A DNA stretch of 64,000 nt from an uncultured Gemmatimonadales bacterium (GCA_963739455.1 CAVUAK010000001.1:1024001-1088000), one strand, 5' to 3'. Shown: positions 24,501 through 35,278, numbered from the stretch's first letter. Numbers and translations are program-made. The notes: generated by a model from the letters alone, not told the origin.

Positions 24501-25691
24501 TCAGTTCCCGCGGCGCTTCCACCGTGCGGCCGTCGCCGCCGACAGCGCACCCGCCACCGCCGACACCCCGAACGCCGCCGCGAACCCGCCCTTGTCGGCC
24601 AGGACACCAAGCACCGGTGGCCCTACGATGCGCGCACCTGCGCCGATGCTCTGGAGGGTGCCCAGTACTCGCCCCTGGTCATCGGGCGGCGTGGTGCGGG
24701 ACACGAATCCCGCAACGCAGGGCCCGATGAGGCTGAATCCCGCGCTCAGGAGTGCCACCGCCAGGCCAAGCCCCGCGAGCTGTGTGGCGCCATGGGTGGG
24801 CAACGCGACAAGCAGCGGCAACAGTCCCAGCCCGAGCGCCATCAGGCCGCCGCCCCAGATGACCAGGCGAAGCTCACCCAGCCTCGGCGCCAGCCGCCGC
24901 ACGAGGCGGCCCTGCACGACCACACTGACGAGCCCCACCAGCGTGAACGCGTAGCTGATCCCGGCACGCGTGAGGCCCAGCTTCTGGGTGGCGAACTGCT
25001 GGAAGACCACATACATCGTCGTAAACGCCAGGGTCGCTGCGAAGGTCACCAGCAGCGCCGCTCGCGGCACGCGCACCGTGGCACCCCAGTCCTGGGCGCG
25101 CCGCGTCCGGCTTTCGCGCAGGAACACCCACGCAAGCAGGAAGTTCACCAGGCAGATGCCGCCGGCCAGCAGACCCGGTGCGCCCTCTCCCCGCTTGCTC
25201 GCGATGCCACCGAGCGCAGGCCCGATCGTGAAGGCCAGGCCAAAGGCGGCACCGATCAGGCCCATCGCCCGGGAGCGCTGTTCCGGCGGCGTCGTGTCGG
25301 CCAGGGCAGCCTGCGCCACATTCACGGTGGCGCCCAGGCTGCCGGAGAGGATGCGCGCAAGGAAGAGAACCGCCAGGCTCATCGCCAGGCCGAACACGGT
25401 ATAGGCGATGGCGCTGCCGGCGAGTCCGAGCAGGATGACGGGGCGGCGACCGATCCGGTCGCTGAGTCGTCCCCAGCGTGGCGCCAGCAGGAATGACAGC
25501 AGGGAATCGGTCGCGACCACGAGGCCGATGACCAGCCCGCTCGAGGTAAAGCGGGCGGCTGCCAGCGGCAGCTGCGGCACGACGATGCCGAACCCGACGA
25601 GGTCGAGGAAGACGGCAAGCACGACCGCTACGTTCCCCGAGGGACGCGGCTCGATCGGCGACTCAGGAGTCTGGGACACACGACTTTCCAC
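24501..25691 (-). CDS. MFS transporter (TetA/DHA1-like)
   Basis: VFLDLVGFGIVVP, motif A GRLSDRIGRRP, GAAFGLAFTIGP. Confidence 0.9.
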   Translation of the reverse strand: MESRVSQTPESPIEPRPSGNVAVVLAVFLDLVGFGIVVPQLPLAAARFTSSGLVIGLVVATDSLLSFLLAPRWGRLSDRIGRRPVILLGLAGSAIAYTVFGLAMSLAVLFLARILSGSLGATVNVAQAALADTTPPEQRSRAMGLIGAAFGLAFTIGPALGGIASKRGEGAPGLLAGGICLVNFLLAWVFLRESRTRRAQDWGATVRVPRAALLVTFAATLAFTTMYVVFQQFATQKLGLTRAGISYAFTLVGLVSVVVQGRLVRRLAPRLGELRLVIWGGGLMALGLGLLPLLVALPTHGATQLAGLGLAVALLSAGFSLIGPCVAGFVSRTTPPDDQGRVLGTLQSIGAGARIVGPPVLGVLADKGGFAAAFGVSAVAGALSAATAARWKRRGN

Positions 25692-25735
25692 CCGGGAGGC
25701 CGACGCGCGCCGCCCGGGCTGCTGCGATCAGGAGG

Positions 25736-25993
25736 TTACAGCACTGGGCGTGGTGCTTCGGGAAGCGAATCCCGGCTCAGCACGCGGTCGATATACACCG
25801 CGGTCCGGCCGCATTCGCCGCACATGAGCGTAACCCGGCCGGAAGGGATCGCGGGATCCCCTGGTCGACGAGGTGAACGCTGGACGGATGTAGTCTGGCA
25901 TGTCGGGCAGACGAGCGGTTGCAACTCGCGATCAGCTGAAATGAGCAGCAATGCTTCAGGCGCCCGGTATTCCTTGATTCCTCTACGACCCAC
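25736..25993 (-). CDS. Small zinc-ribbon protein
   Basis: CPTC and CGEC pairs in an 85-aa ORF. Confidence 0.6.
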   Translation of the reverse strand: MGRRGIKEYRAPEALLLISADRELQPLVCPTCQTTSVQRSPRRPGDPAIPSGRVTLMCGECGRTAVYIDRVLSRDSLPEAPRPVL

Positions 25994-26295
25994 GGAAGGT
26001 CCTCCAACAGCGTGGTGACAGTGTCAGTCCCTGCGCCGCGCGGCACAAATGTACCCATTTGTCCACTATTCGCTACCTGTTCAACTATCAATCGTCGCGA
26101 CAGTGATGCGACACTAACGCAACGCTATCGCAGCAGTTGTGGCGCTAGAGTAGTAGCAATTAGTGCTACTATTCATGCTGTAATGGCAGCCACCCAAATG
26201 CTTGACGCCGATTACGGCCCGATATACGTTGCCGCCCAACCGACACTGTCGTGTCGGCGTTTCTCTCCCAGCGCTTCCGAAGCGCGGAGGTGTAT

Positions 26296-26691
26296 GTGGC
26301 AACAGAGCTTGGCGGGTCGCAGATCACGACCCTGATGGAGACGCTGCCTGGCATCGCGAACGTGCTGCGGAGTCCGGTAGCCGACGCGATCATCAACCTG
26401 ATCCGCTCCAGCGTTCGGCTTCGCGACTTTCAGTACGCCGATGCTGACGAGATGGTGAAGTACGCGATCCGCCGGAACCTTCTCGGAAATGATGAGGGTG
26501 AGCGGGTGCTCGCTGAGGCCAAGGCCGCCGAGCAGAAGCGGGCTGACAAGGCCGCCGAGCGGGCGCAGCACAAGGCACATCCACCCGCCAAGAAGGTGGT
26601 CAAGCCGAAGGCTGTTGCGAAGCCCAAGGCAAGCAAGAACGTCAAGGCAGTGAAGCCCGCCAAGAAGGCGAAGCCGGCGAAGAAGCGCTAG
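26296..26691 (+). CDS. Hypothetical protein with Lys/Ala/Pro-rich histone-H1-like tail
   Basis: GGAGGT SD before GTG at 26296; tail PPAKKVVKPKAVAKPKASKNVKAVKPAKKAKPAKKR. Confidence 0.75.
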   Translation: MATELGGSQITTLMETLPGIANVLRSPVADAIINLIRSSVRLRDFQYADADEMVKYAIRRNLLGNDEGERVLAEAKAAEQKRADKAAERAQHKAHPPAKKVVKPKAVAKPKASKNVKAVKPAKKAKPAKKR

Positions 26692-26709
26692 ACCAGCTGC
26701 AGTGCCGCC

Positions 26710-28398
26710 CTAGACCCGGAACTCGGTGACCAGGGCGGCCAGGCGGTTGGATGCCTGGAGCAGTTCCGCCGCCGCCGCTGCCATCTCCTCAGTCGATGCA
26801 CTCTGTTCTTCCGCCGCCGCGGTGACTTCCTCGCTGGCGGAGGCGTTCTCGTTCGCCGCCGATCCGGCTTCTGCCGTCCGCTCGCCCAGCGCCGTGACGG
26901 TCTCCTCATTCTTCGCTGCCTCGCGGGCCACGTCCTCGGCCGCGGAGCGAACTCCCTCCACCGCCCCGACGATTTCCTCGAGCGCATGCGCCGCCGCCCC
27001 GGCCACCGACTCTACGCCGGAAACCTTGGCGGAGCCCGCATCCATGGTGGCCGCCACTTCCGCCATCTGCTGCTGGATCTGCGACACGGTGCGAGCGACT
27101 TCCTCAGCGGCCTGTGCGCTGGAGTCGGCCAGGCGACGAACCTCCTCGGCGACGACCGCGAATCCCCGTCCATGTTCTCCCGCCCTGGCCGCCTCGATGG
27201 CGGCATTGAGCGCGAGCAGGTTGGTCTGCGACGAGATCTGCTTGATCAGCTCGATGAAGTCAGAAATGGCCCGCGAGGTGCGCGCGAGAGCCTGCACCTG
27301 CCCCGTCGAGGTGCGCACGACCTCACGCACATCGAGCAGTGCCTTCCCCGCGCCCGACACGTCACCGCGATGATACTCGGCGAGACGGCGGATCTTGTCG
27401 CCCACGTCCACCACGCGACGCGCCGCGGCCGTGTTGCCAACCGCCGTCTCGCGCAATGACACGAGCAGCACGTCGGCGGCGCGCATGCCGGTGGCCTGGC
27501 GCTCAGCGCTGTCGGCTACCCGCACCATCGCGGTGGAGATCTCGCCGCTGGTGGCCGCGAGTTCCTCGCTCATCGCGGAGAAATCGCTCGCATTGGCACT
27601 GATGGACCGCGCCTCGCCGATCACCGACTCCACCAGCCCGCGGAGGCGAGTTCGCATCCGGTCGAGCGCGTGAGCCAGTCGGCCGAGCTCGCTCGGCATG
27701 TCGCCCAGGTCGAGTGGACGAAGGTCGCCGGCCCCGAATCGGTCGGCGGCACCGACGAGCTTCTTCAGCGGGAGGTCGATGGCGCGCACCACGACGACGA
27801 CGGTGCCGAGTCCAAAGGCAAGTGCGCCACTGAAGAGGAGCCACAGGATGGTGCGGCGCTGTTGCGTCTCCTGCTGCAACTCCTGCTGCCCGCGCAACGC
27901 AGACTGCGACTGTGAATCGGACAGGCGCTGCACATCCTCGGTGAGCGTCGTGGCTGGCGCGCGGGCCTGCTCGGCCGCGACGCGCGCCTCATCGGGACGA
28001 CCCAGGTCGGTCAGCGCGAAGGCCCGGCCAAAGGCCACCTCGATGCGGGCCTGCACGTCGGCGATGCGATTGAGCACGATGCGGTCGCTGTTGCCGAGTG
28101 ACGCCAGTTGCTGGTAGCGGCGCTGGTATGCGTAGGCCGAGTCACCATGAATGATGAACGCGGTGCGCAGCGAGTCGGATGGGTGCGTGAGGTATTGCTC
28201 AGCCGCGCGGATCTGGCTGTTCGACGTCGACACGAGGCCGGCCCCGACCTGCGCGATCTCGAGCATCGAGGCGAGCTGCCCGCTCACCAGCTTGTCCAGC
28301 GCGCTGATGGTGTTCACCGCCAGCATGGCGAGGGCGAGGACCAGCACGAGCAGCAGGCCCATGCCCGAGAGGACGCGACTGCGCAGGCTCCCGAGCAT
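26710..28398 (-). CDS. Methyl-accepting chemotaxis protein (TM-sensor-TM-HAMP-MA)
   Basis: [37 protein letters not shown] signature; two TM helices; [16 protein letters not shown]. Confidence 0.95.
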   Translation of the reverse strand: MLGSLRSRVLSGMGLLLVLVLALAMLAVNTISALDKLVSGQLASMLEIAQVGAGLVSTSNSQIRAAEQYLTHPSDSLRTAFIIHGDSAYAYQRRYQQLASLGNSDRIVLNRIADVQARIEVAFGRAFALTDLGRPDEARVAAEQARAPATTLTEDVQRLSDSQSQSALRGQQELQQETQQRRTILWLLFSGALAFGLGTVVVVVRAIDLPLKKLVGAADRFGAGDLRPLDLGDMPSELGRLAHALDRMRTRLRGLVESVIGEARSISANASDFSAMSEELAATSGEISTAMVRVADSAERQATGMRAADVLLVSLRETAVGNTAAARRVVDVGDKIRRLAEYHRGDVSGAGKALLDVREVVRTSTGQVQALARTSRAISDFIELIKQISSQTNLLALNAAIEAARAGEHGRGFAVVAEEVRRLADSSAQAAEEVARTVSQIQQQMAEVAATMDAGSAKVSGVESVAGAAAHALEEIVGAVEGVRSAAEDVAREAAKNEETVTALGERTAEAGSAANENASASEEVTAAAEEQSASTEEMAAAAAELLQASNRLAALVTEFRV

Positions 28399-29537
28399 CA
28401 AAGCCCACCTGCCAGCAACACCGCGCCGTTGCGCACGACGGTGATGTAGACCTGCTTGTCGTGGACGTCGCCGAGGGAATCGAATGCGATCTTGCCGGTG
28501 GCGCCCTCGAACGCCGGCGCGCCGCGGCCGACCCGGTCCAGTGCGCGACGCACGCTCTCCCGGCTGGGACCACCCTCCTCGATCGCGCGGGCCAGCAGGT
28601 TCACGGCGTCATAGGTGGCGGCAGCCGGCTGGTTCGGCACCGGCGTCGCGGGATACTTCTGCGCGTAGGCGGCGACGAATTTCCGGTTGGCCGGCGTGTT
28701 GAGGCTTGGGTGGTAAGCGGCACTCACGTAGGTGCCCTCCGCGACCGGGCCAGCTTCCTCGATGCCCTCGAGCCCATCGCCCCCGAGCATCGGCACCTGC
28801 AGGTTGAGCGCGCGCGCACTGCGCAGGATCGACTCGGCGTCCGGCCGGTTGCCGGCGACGAAGAGGAACTGCGGACGCTGCAGCTTCGCCAGCCGCTCGA
28901 GTTGCGGACCGAGCTCGGGCGCGGTCCCGAGGTAGGGCTCCATGCCGACGAGCTTGCCACCGCGCTCCTTGAGGTTCGCGGCGAAGGCCTGGCGGATGCC
29001 GCGCCCGTAGTCATCGTCGAGGTAGAATACGGCGCCCTGCTTGAATTGGAGTCGGTCAGTCACCCAGCGTGCCAGGGCGGCACCATGCGCCAGGTCGCTC
29101 GGGCACATCCGGAAGGTATAGGGTCCTGCGTCGCTCACCTCAGGCGCTGATGACGACGGGGTGACGGCGACGAGCGGGTGGGAGCCACCATTGTAGATCG
29201 GGGCGGCCGCGAGCGTGGTACCGGAGAAGAGGTGCCCGACGACGGCCACGGCATCGGACGAGTAGAGTTCACCGGCGACGCGCACCGCCGAGTCGGGGTT
29301 CGCAAAATCGTCGCGCTCGATGAGCGCGAGGGGCCGTCCCCTGACGCCGCCGCGCGCGTTGATCTCCTCGACGGCAAGCTGCGCGGCGCGCCGCATCGGT
29401 TCGCCGATGGGATCCGAGAGGGCGCCCGTGACGCCGATATAAATGGGGCGTTCAGCGCGGTTGCAGCTGGCGAGCCCGACCAGGAGCAGCAGGGCCAGAA
29501 CCGGCACCGCGCGCTTGACGTGCGGTAGAATGACCAT
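28398..29537 (-). CDS. LivK/LivJ-type ABC substrate-binding lipoprotein (no permease nearby)
   Basis: LASC lipobox, [41 protein letters not shown]. Confidence 0.9.
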   Translation of the reverse strand: MVILPHVKRAVPVLALLLLVGLASCNRAERPIYIGVTGALSDPIGEPMRRAAQLAVEEINARGGVRGRPLALIERDDFANPDSAVRVAGELYSSDAVAVVGHLFSGTTLAAAPIYNGGSHPLVAVTPSSSAPEVSDAGPYTFRMCPSDLAHGAALARWVTDRLQFKQGAVFYLDDDYGRGIRQAFAANLKERGGKLVGMEPYLGTAPELGPQLERLAKLQRPQFLFVAGNRPDAESILRSARALNLQVPMLGGDGLEGIEEAGPVAEGTYVSAAYHPSLNTPANRKFVAAYAQKYPATPVPNQPAAATYDAVNLLARAIEEGGPSRESVRRALDRVGRGAPAFEGATGKIAFDSLGDVHDKQVYITVVRNGAVLLAGGL

Positions 29538-29568
29538 TGAGCGGGGAGGCTACTCCCCGGTCCCCCGA

Positions 29569-29844
29569 ATGGCAATACCCGCACCTGCCGCTGTCTTCGA
29601 CCTGCACGGCCTGTCCGTGCTCGACGCCGTCACCAGCGCCGAGCGCTTCCTGCGTGCCCAGCGCCGGGCGCGCCCAGGGGCGAGCGTCCGGCTCATCACC
29701 GGCCGCGGCCGGTCAGGTGGTGGCGCGCCGATACGCACGAGGGTGCGCACACTGCTCCGCACGTTGGAGGCGCAGGGCAATGTGGTGCGCGCGTTCGAAT
29801 TGGAAGACAGCGAGGGAAGCTTTCTGGTGAAGCTCGCCGGCTAG
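29569..29844 (+). CDS. Stand-alone Smr/MutS2-domain protein
   Basis: FDLHGLSVLDA..VRLITGRG..EGSFLVKL. Confidence 0.85.
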   Translation: MAIPAPAAVFDLHGLSVLDAVTSAERFLRAQRRARPGASVRLITGRGRSGGGAPIRTRVRTLLRTLEAQGNVVRAFELEDSEGSFLVKLAG

Positions 29845-30478
29845 CGCGCCGGCGAGGGCTCGATACCCTGGACCGACCGAGGTGTCGGCGGGCGGCTTGG
29901 TGGTGGTGGTGGCCTTCTTCGTGGTCGCCGGCTTCTTGGCTGGTGGCGGCCTTCTGCGGCGGGCCGCGCCGCGCCGTCCACGCATCGAGCACGTTGCCGT
30001 CGATCAGTGCCACCGAGGTGGCCTTGGCGCCCTGCTGCGCGCGCCACGTCAGCCGGATCATCGTGCCCTTCCGCACCCACTGCATCATCCACTGGGAATT
30101 CTGCGCCTTCGCGTTGACCCGGCCATAGCGCCGCTCGAGTGAGCTGCGAAGCTGGTCAAGCTCATCGGGCGCCAGGTTGCCTGCGATGGTAAGCACGCTC
30201 GTGACGCTGTCGACTGCGGACATCCAGAGTTCGAGCGGTTCCGCAGCCTCCGGCACGCTCACCGTGGCGCGGCACTCCTCGACGCGCGAGTCCACCTTGG
30301 AGCGATCACAGCGAAGGTGGCCACCATCGCGATCGGCGATGGTTTCCGCAACGACGCGCACGGTGGCCCCGGCCTGAATCCCGAAGACCGACAGCGGGTC
30401 AGTGGCCGGCGCCGCCTGCGCCATGAGCGGCAGGGGCACGAGCGCCAGGAGAACGAACGCGAGAGCGGTACGGGTCAC
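29841..30478 (-). CDS. Secreted hypothetical protein (frameshift near 29940; 3' end uncertain)
   Basis: Signal peptide VTRTALAFVLLALVPLPLMAQ; Lys/Thr-rich tail appears in a shifted frame. Confidence 0.55.
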
Positions 30479-30547
30479 GCGATACCCCGGAGGACAGGAT
30501 GCGAGCCATTGCGTGCAAGGAATGCGCCCCGGCCGGGGCATGACGCG

Positions 30548-30576
30548 CCGGTGACCCGGGCAGGCCGGGTCACCGG
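30548..30576 (-). terminator. GC-rich hairpin after csp (probable terminator, no clear U-tract)
   Basis: CCGGTGACCCGG-N5-CCGGGTCACCGG perfect 12-bp inverted repeat just past the csp stop. Confidence 0.55.
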
Positions 30577-30583
30577 TCTGGGC

Positions 30584-30784
30584 TCATGCCCGGCGGACGT
30601 TCGCCGCCTGCAGGCCCTTAGGCCCCTCGACGACCTCGAACTCGACGGGATCTCCCTCGGCGAGCGAGCGGAAGCCGTCCATCTGGATCGCGGTGTGATG
30701 AACGAAGACGTCCTTGCCGCCGTCCTGCGCAATGAACCCGAAGCCCTTCGCATCGTTGAACCACTTCACCTTGCCCGTAGCCAT
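30584..30784 (-). CDS. Cold-shock protein (CspA family)
   Basis: [27 protein letters not shown] (RNP1/RNP2). Confidence 0.97.
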   Translation of the reverse strand: MATGKVKWFNDAKGFGFIAQDGGKDVFVHHTAIQMDGFRSLAEGDPVEFEVVEGPKGLQAANVRRA

Positions 30785-31013
30785 TCGGAACGGCCTCATC
30801 TTGGGGAGCACGCAGCTCCGGTCCGGCGGCCGGTCGGGATGGCCGGCCCCAAAATGGAAGCGCGCCGATCAGGGCGGTGTGCCCGTCGGCGCGGCTGGAA
30901 GCCAGGGACCTGTCAAGGCAAACACCTGCATGTCCTAAGCTTCCGGCTGCCATGGCATTTGTCAATGCGCCGGGGCGCTGTGCGCGCCCTGACTGCAAAT
31001 CGCTGCAGTGCGC

Positions 31014-32292
31014 TCAGGTCAGCCCGGTCCGCATGGCGGTCAGCACCTGGGTGGTAAAGGTGTCGATCTCGGCGGTCGTCGTGTACACGTTGGGCGTGAT
31101 CCGGAGCCCGCTGAACTGCGGGTGCACGATGAGCGTGGTGACGATGCGCTGCTGGTTGAGCAACCACGCCTGCAGCTTCGCGGGATCGAGGCCCGCGATG
31201 GTGACGAACCCGATGGCGGCGCTGTCGGGCGAGTTGAGCGGGGTCAGCACCTTCACCCGGTCGCTCGAGGCCTGAAGCGGCACGGCCCAGCGGTCGCGGA
31301 GGTAGCGCAGGCGCGCCACCTTGCGATCGGGACCGATCGCCTGGTGGAACGTGAGGGCGACGCTGATGGCGTTGTGGTTCGCCGCTGGATGCGTCCCGAT
31401 CTCCTCGTACTTCCGGATATTCGCGTTCATTTCCGCGGGTGCACGCCATCATCGGCCAGAGGCCGGGGATCTGGCTGCGCCGCACATAGAGGAATCCGGT
31501 GCCGATCGGGGCGAGCAGCCACTTGTGCAGGCTGGTGCCGTAGTAGTCGCAATCGAGCGAGTCGCGGTCGAAGGGGAAATGGGCAAAGGCATGGGCCCCG
31601 TCGACGAACACCGCGATCCCCTTTGGCCGCGCCATCGTCACGATGTCGCGCACCGGGAGGATCTGCCCGGTGAGGTTGGTGATGTGGGTGACCTCGATGA
31701 CGCGCGTGCGCGGCGTGATGGCGGCCGCGAACTGGTCCACGATGTACTGCTGCGACGGCGGGGGCACATCGAACTTGATCGTCTTCACCACGATGCCGTC
31801 GCGGCGCGCGCGCTGGCCCCAGGTCGTGAGCATGCGCCCATAGTTCTGGTCGGAGACGATGACCTCGTCGCCCCGCTTCAGGTCGAGGCCGAGGATCATC
31901 GTCTCGTTGGCCTCGGAGGCGTTGCGGGTGATCGCCAGTTCCTCCGGGTCGCAGCCGAACTGCGCCGCGAGGCCGATGCGGACTGACTCGACCCTGGGCT
32001 CGAGCGTGCGCCACATGTGCTCCACGGGGAGCTCGTTGGAGAAGCGCAAGTCGCGCATCATCTGGTCGAGCACGACCGTGGGTGAGGGACTCACCCCGCC
32101 ATTGTTCAGGTTGATCATGGTGCGGTCGCAATCGAACGCCCGCTGGATGACCGACCAGTAGTCCTCGTCGTCCGGGGCACCGGCCCCCGTACCGGATCGA
32201 TGGGCCTGGGTGAGGTAGCGGATCGCCTTGGGCGAGAACGCCGGTGCGGTCACGGCAAGCGAACGAACAAAAGTTCGGCGGTCGACCATCAT
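31014..32292 (-). CDS. Class V PLP-dependent aminotransferase (isopenicillin N epimerase/cysteine desulfurase-like), Tat signal; frameshift near 31435
   Basis: DRRTFV, INLNNGGVSPSP, TRNASE, VDGAHA, SLHKW (PLP Lys), EEIGTH in the second ORF. Confidence 0.88.
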
Positions 32293-32399
32293 GGGCTCGT
32301 CTGGGAAGTAGATTGGATAATGCGGGATTGGCGCCCGAACGGCCAGCGCCAGCCCGGGATTCCGTCCTTTCGTGCCGACCAACCGGTCCAGACCACCAT

Positions 32400-34415
32400 A
32401 TGTTGTTCGCCCTGATTTTGGCCCTTCAGCAGCCGGCCCAGAAGCCGGGTGCACCCCCGGTAGCGCCCCCCCCGCCGGCCCCCGTGACGAGGCCGGCGTC
32501 TCCCATCGCGCGGGTCGAGGTGGAGCCCGGTGACGTTGCGGTCCAGGCCGGTGACACCGTGCGATTGCGGGCGGTGGCATTCGACTCTGGCGGCAGGGCC
32601 GTTCCCGGCGCCACCACCAAGTGGTTCCAGGCGAGTCATGGTTTCGAGGGCCGGGTGAGCGAGGACGGGCTCGTTACGGCGGGATCGACCGGCGCGATGC
32701 GCGTCGCCGCGGTCACCAGCGTCTCCGGCAGCAAGCCCACCACCACCTTCACGCGAATCACGATCCTCCCGCCGCCCGCCGCGCGGATCGCAGTCGAACC
32801 GGCGGTGAAGCACCTCTACGTCGGACAGGCGCTTTCCCTCTCTGCCGTGCCCTTCGCCGCGAACAATGACCGCCGCTACGATCCAGTCTCCTGGGAATCG
32901 GATGCACCGGGCGTTGTCTCCGTCACGCCGGCTGGACGGATTACGGCAGTGCGCGCGGGGCGCGCCACCGTGACGGCACGCGCCGGCCGCGCGAGCCAGG
33001 CAATACCGCTTGTGGTCGAGGCCAACCCGGCGGCGTCCCTCGTGCTGACACCGGGTGACACGTCGGTGCGCACCGGGGACGTGGTGCGCCTCCGTGTCAG
33101 CGCGCGCACCGCGGGCGGCAAGCCGGTGCCCGACGTCATGCCCGAGTTCCTGGTGAGCCCCGGTGGCGGGACGGTGGATGCGGACGGAGCCTTCGTGGCC
33201 AGTGAGCCCGGCAGCTATCGCATCGTGGCATCCTTCGCCGGCCGCATGGCGGAAGCGACGGTGACGGCCCGCCCGCGCGATGCCGCGCGTCCCACCACGG
33301 TGGTGGGACGCCTGCCGGTGCCGGGGTTCATCTCCACCGAGTTCTGGCTCCACCCCGACGGTCGCCACGGATATCTCGGTACGCTGGGTGACCGGCTGTA
33401 CGCGGTCGACCTGAGTGACCCGGCGAAGCCGGTGATCACCGATTCAGTGATGGTGGATGCGAGGGTGATCAACGATGTCATGACAACGGCCGACGGCAAG
33501 TTCGGCGTCATGACACGCGAGGGCGCGAGCTCGCGGAAGAACGGGATCGTTGTCCTGTCGTTCGAGGATCCGGCGCACCCGGTGCAGATAGCGGAATACA
33601 CCGAGACGGTCTCCGGCGGCGTGCACAGCACCTTCATCTACGGCGGCTACGTCTTTCTCACCGATGACGCGACGGGATCAATGCGGGTCATCGACCTCCG
33701 TGATCCCTATCATCCGTCCCAGGTAGCGCGATGGGAAACACCCCGCACCGAGGCGGGGCGGATGCTGCATGACATCGACGTGCAGGACGGCCTGGCATAC
33801 CTCAGTTACTGGAACGACGGCCTCGTCATCCTCGATGTCGGGAACGGCATCAAGGGTGGCACGCCCGAGAACCCGCAGCTCGTGTCGCAGCTCAAGTACG
33901 ACCTCAACGCGCTGTACCGCGACGTGGAGGCGGTCGGCGGGCCGGGCTTCATCCGGGGCACCCACACCGCATGGCGCAGTGGACGCTACGTCTTCGTGGG
34001 CGACGAGGTCTTCTCGGCGAAGCCGGTCGGTACGCTGGGACCCGTCGGCCTGGGTCGCGCCTACGGACGCCTCCACGTGGTGGACGTGTCGGACGTGACG
34101 GCGCCGAAGCTGGTGGCATGGTATGAGCCGAAGGATGGTGGCGCACACAATGTGTGGGTCGCCGGGGACACGCTCTACCTTGGCGACTACCAGGGTGGGC
34201 TGCGGGTGGTGGACATTTCCGGTGAGCTCCGCGGCGATCTGCAGCAACAGGGCCGCGAGATCGCGCATGTGGCCACCGGTGATGCCCAGGGCAAGATCGC
34301 CAACGCGCCATTGACGTGGGGTGCCATCTACCGCAACGGGAACATCTACGTTCCCGACATGAATTCGGGACTCTGGGTGGTCAAGGTGGAAGGCTCGGCT
34401 GTCGGGGTGCCATAG
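32400..34415 (+). CDS. Secreted protein with Ig-like (Big_2) domains and LVIVD-repeat propeller
   Basis: VSWESDAPGVVSVTPAGRITAVRAGRATVTA; repeats LYAVDLSDP / MRVIDLRDP / LVILDVGN / LHVVDVSD. Confidence 0.8.
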   Translation: MLFALILALQQPAQKPGAPPVAPPPPAPVTRPASPIARVEVEPGDVAVQAGDTVRLRAVAFDSGGRAVPGATTKWFQASHGFEGRVSEDGLVTAGSTGAMRVAAVTSVSGSKPTTTFTRITILPPPAARIAVEPAVKHLYVGQALSLSAVPFAANNDRRYDPVSWESDAPGVVSVTPAGRITAVRAGRATVTARAGRASQAIPLVVEANPAASLVLTPGDTSVRTGDVVRLRVSARTAGGKPVPDVMPEFLVSPGGGTVDADGAFVASEPGSYRIVASFAGRMAEATVTARPRDAARPTTVVGRLPVPGFISTEFWLHPDGRHGYLGTLGDRLYAVDLSDPAKPVITDSVMVDARVINDVMTTADGKFGVMTREGASSRKNGIVVLSFEDPAHPVQIAEYTETVSGGVHSTFIYGGYVFLTDDATGSMRVIDLRDPYHPSQVARWETPRTEAGRMLHDIDVQDGLAYLSYWNDGLVILDVGNGIKGGTPENPQLVSQLKYDLNALYRDVEAVGGPGFIRGTHTAWRSGRYVFVGDEVFSAKPVGTLGPVGLGRAYGRLHVVDVSDVTAPKLVAWYEPKDGGAHNVWVAGDTLYLGDYQGGLRVVDISGELRGDLQQQGREIAHVATGDAQGKIANAPLTWGAIYRNGNIYVPDMNSGLWVVKVEGSAVGVP

Positions 34416-34490
34416 GGCAAGGACGGCTATATTTGCCCGGCTTGATGGCGCCCCTGCAGGTTGGCAATTCCCCTGGAGCTGGACTCAGAC

Positions 34491-35099
34491 ATGACGCGTG
34501 TGTTGATCACTGCGGGTGCACTGGCAATGCTGTGGACTCCGTCGCTGCGGGCGCAGGCCGCCGCGCAGCCGCCGAAGGACGCCGCCGCGGGCCTCCCGCA
34601 GGTATACAAGCCCGAGCAACTGAGTGCCGTGCAGAAGCAGGCGCGCGATGCGGTCTCGTCGCTGCGCGACTCCGTGGCTGCCGCCAGCGGCGCCCTCGCC
34701 GCGTTGAGCGTCGATGCGCCGACCACGTCGCTCCAGGTCATGGAGAGCAGGGCGGCCACCGCGGTCGACCGCTGCAATTCCACCGAGCGTCAGCGCGCAC
34801 AGTCCATGAAGGCGCTCTCCACGGCGCCGCTCACCGAGCCGGGTGAACTCAAGGCCCAGAAGCAGATGCTCAAGGAGATGGACAAGCTCAAGAAGCCGCT
34901 GGACCAGTGCCTGGCGACGTACCAGCCGCTGGCGCAGCGTGGAAAGGGCCAGGAGGTGCGCGACTATGGCCCCTCACGCGCGAAGCCCATCCTGGCCGGC
35001 TTCCAGCAGTTCGACCAGTCGATCAAGCCGTTCGCGACTGCCATGAAGATCCAGTTCCGCCCGATAATCAATAATGCGGGAAAGTCACCTCTCGATTGA
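34491..35099 (+). CDS. Secreted helical hypothetical protein
   Basis: Signal MTRVLITAGALAMLWTPSLRA; strong GC-rich third-position bias. Confidence 0.75.
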   Translation: MTRVLITAGALAMLWTPSLRAQAAAQPPKDAAAGLPQVYKPEQLSAVQKQARDAVSSLRDSVAAASGALAALSVDAPTTSLQVMESRAATAVDRCNSTERQRAQSMKALSTAPLTEPGELKAQKQMLKEMDKLKKPLDQCLATYQPLAQRGKGQEVRDYGPSRAKPILAGFQQFDQSIKPFATAMKIQFRPIINNAGKSPLD

Positions 35100-35244
35100 G
35101 TGGACAACGTGGACACTCTTGGCGGGCTGGTGTAAACATCGTCCACACGCTGTGGACGGACTGGGCAGGTGCCGTGCTGGTTGAGGCTTAGCTCTCCACA
35201 AAGTGAACATGCAAATGTGGTGTAAGCCGAACAAAATCAGGCAC

Positions 35245-35272
35245 TTGCGGCGTTTCGGGGATACCATAGCTT
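35245..35272 (+). promoter_or_regulatory. Candidate sigma70-like promoter
   Basis: TTGCGG (35245-35250), 16-nt spacer, TAGCTT (35267-35272), just upstream of a structured region. Confidence 0.4.
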
Positions 35273-35278
35273 AGGGTC

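Noticed and set aside
35099..35222. Chromosomal origin oriC
   Set aside because: Boxes are degenerate, and there is no dnaA/dnaN/gidA context or clear AT-rich unwinding element; retained only as a DnaA-box-like cluster.
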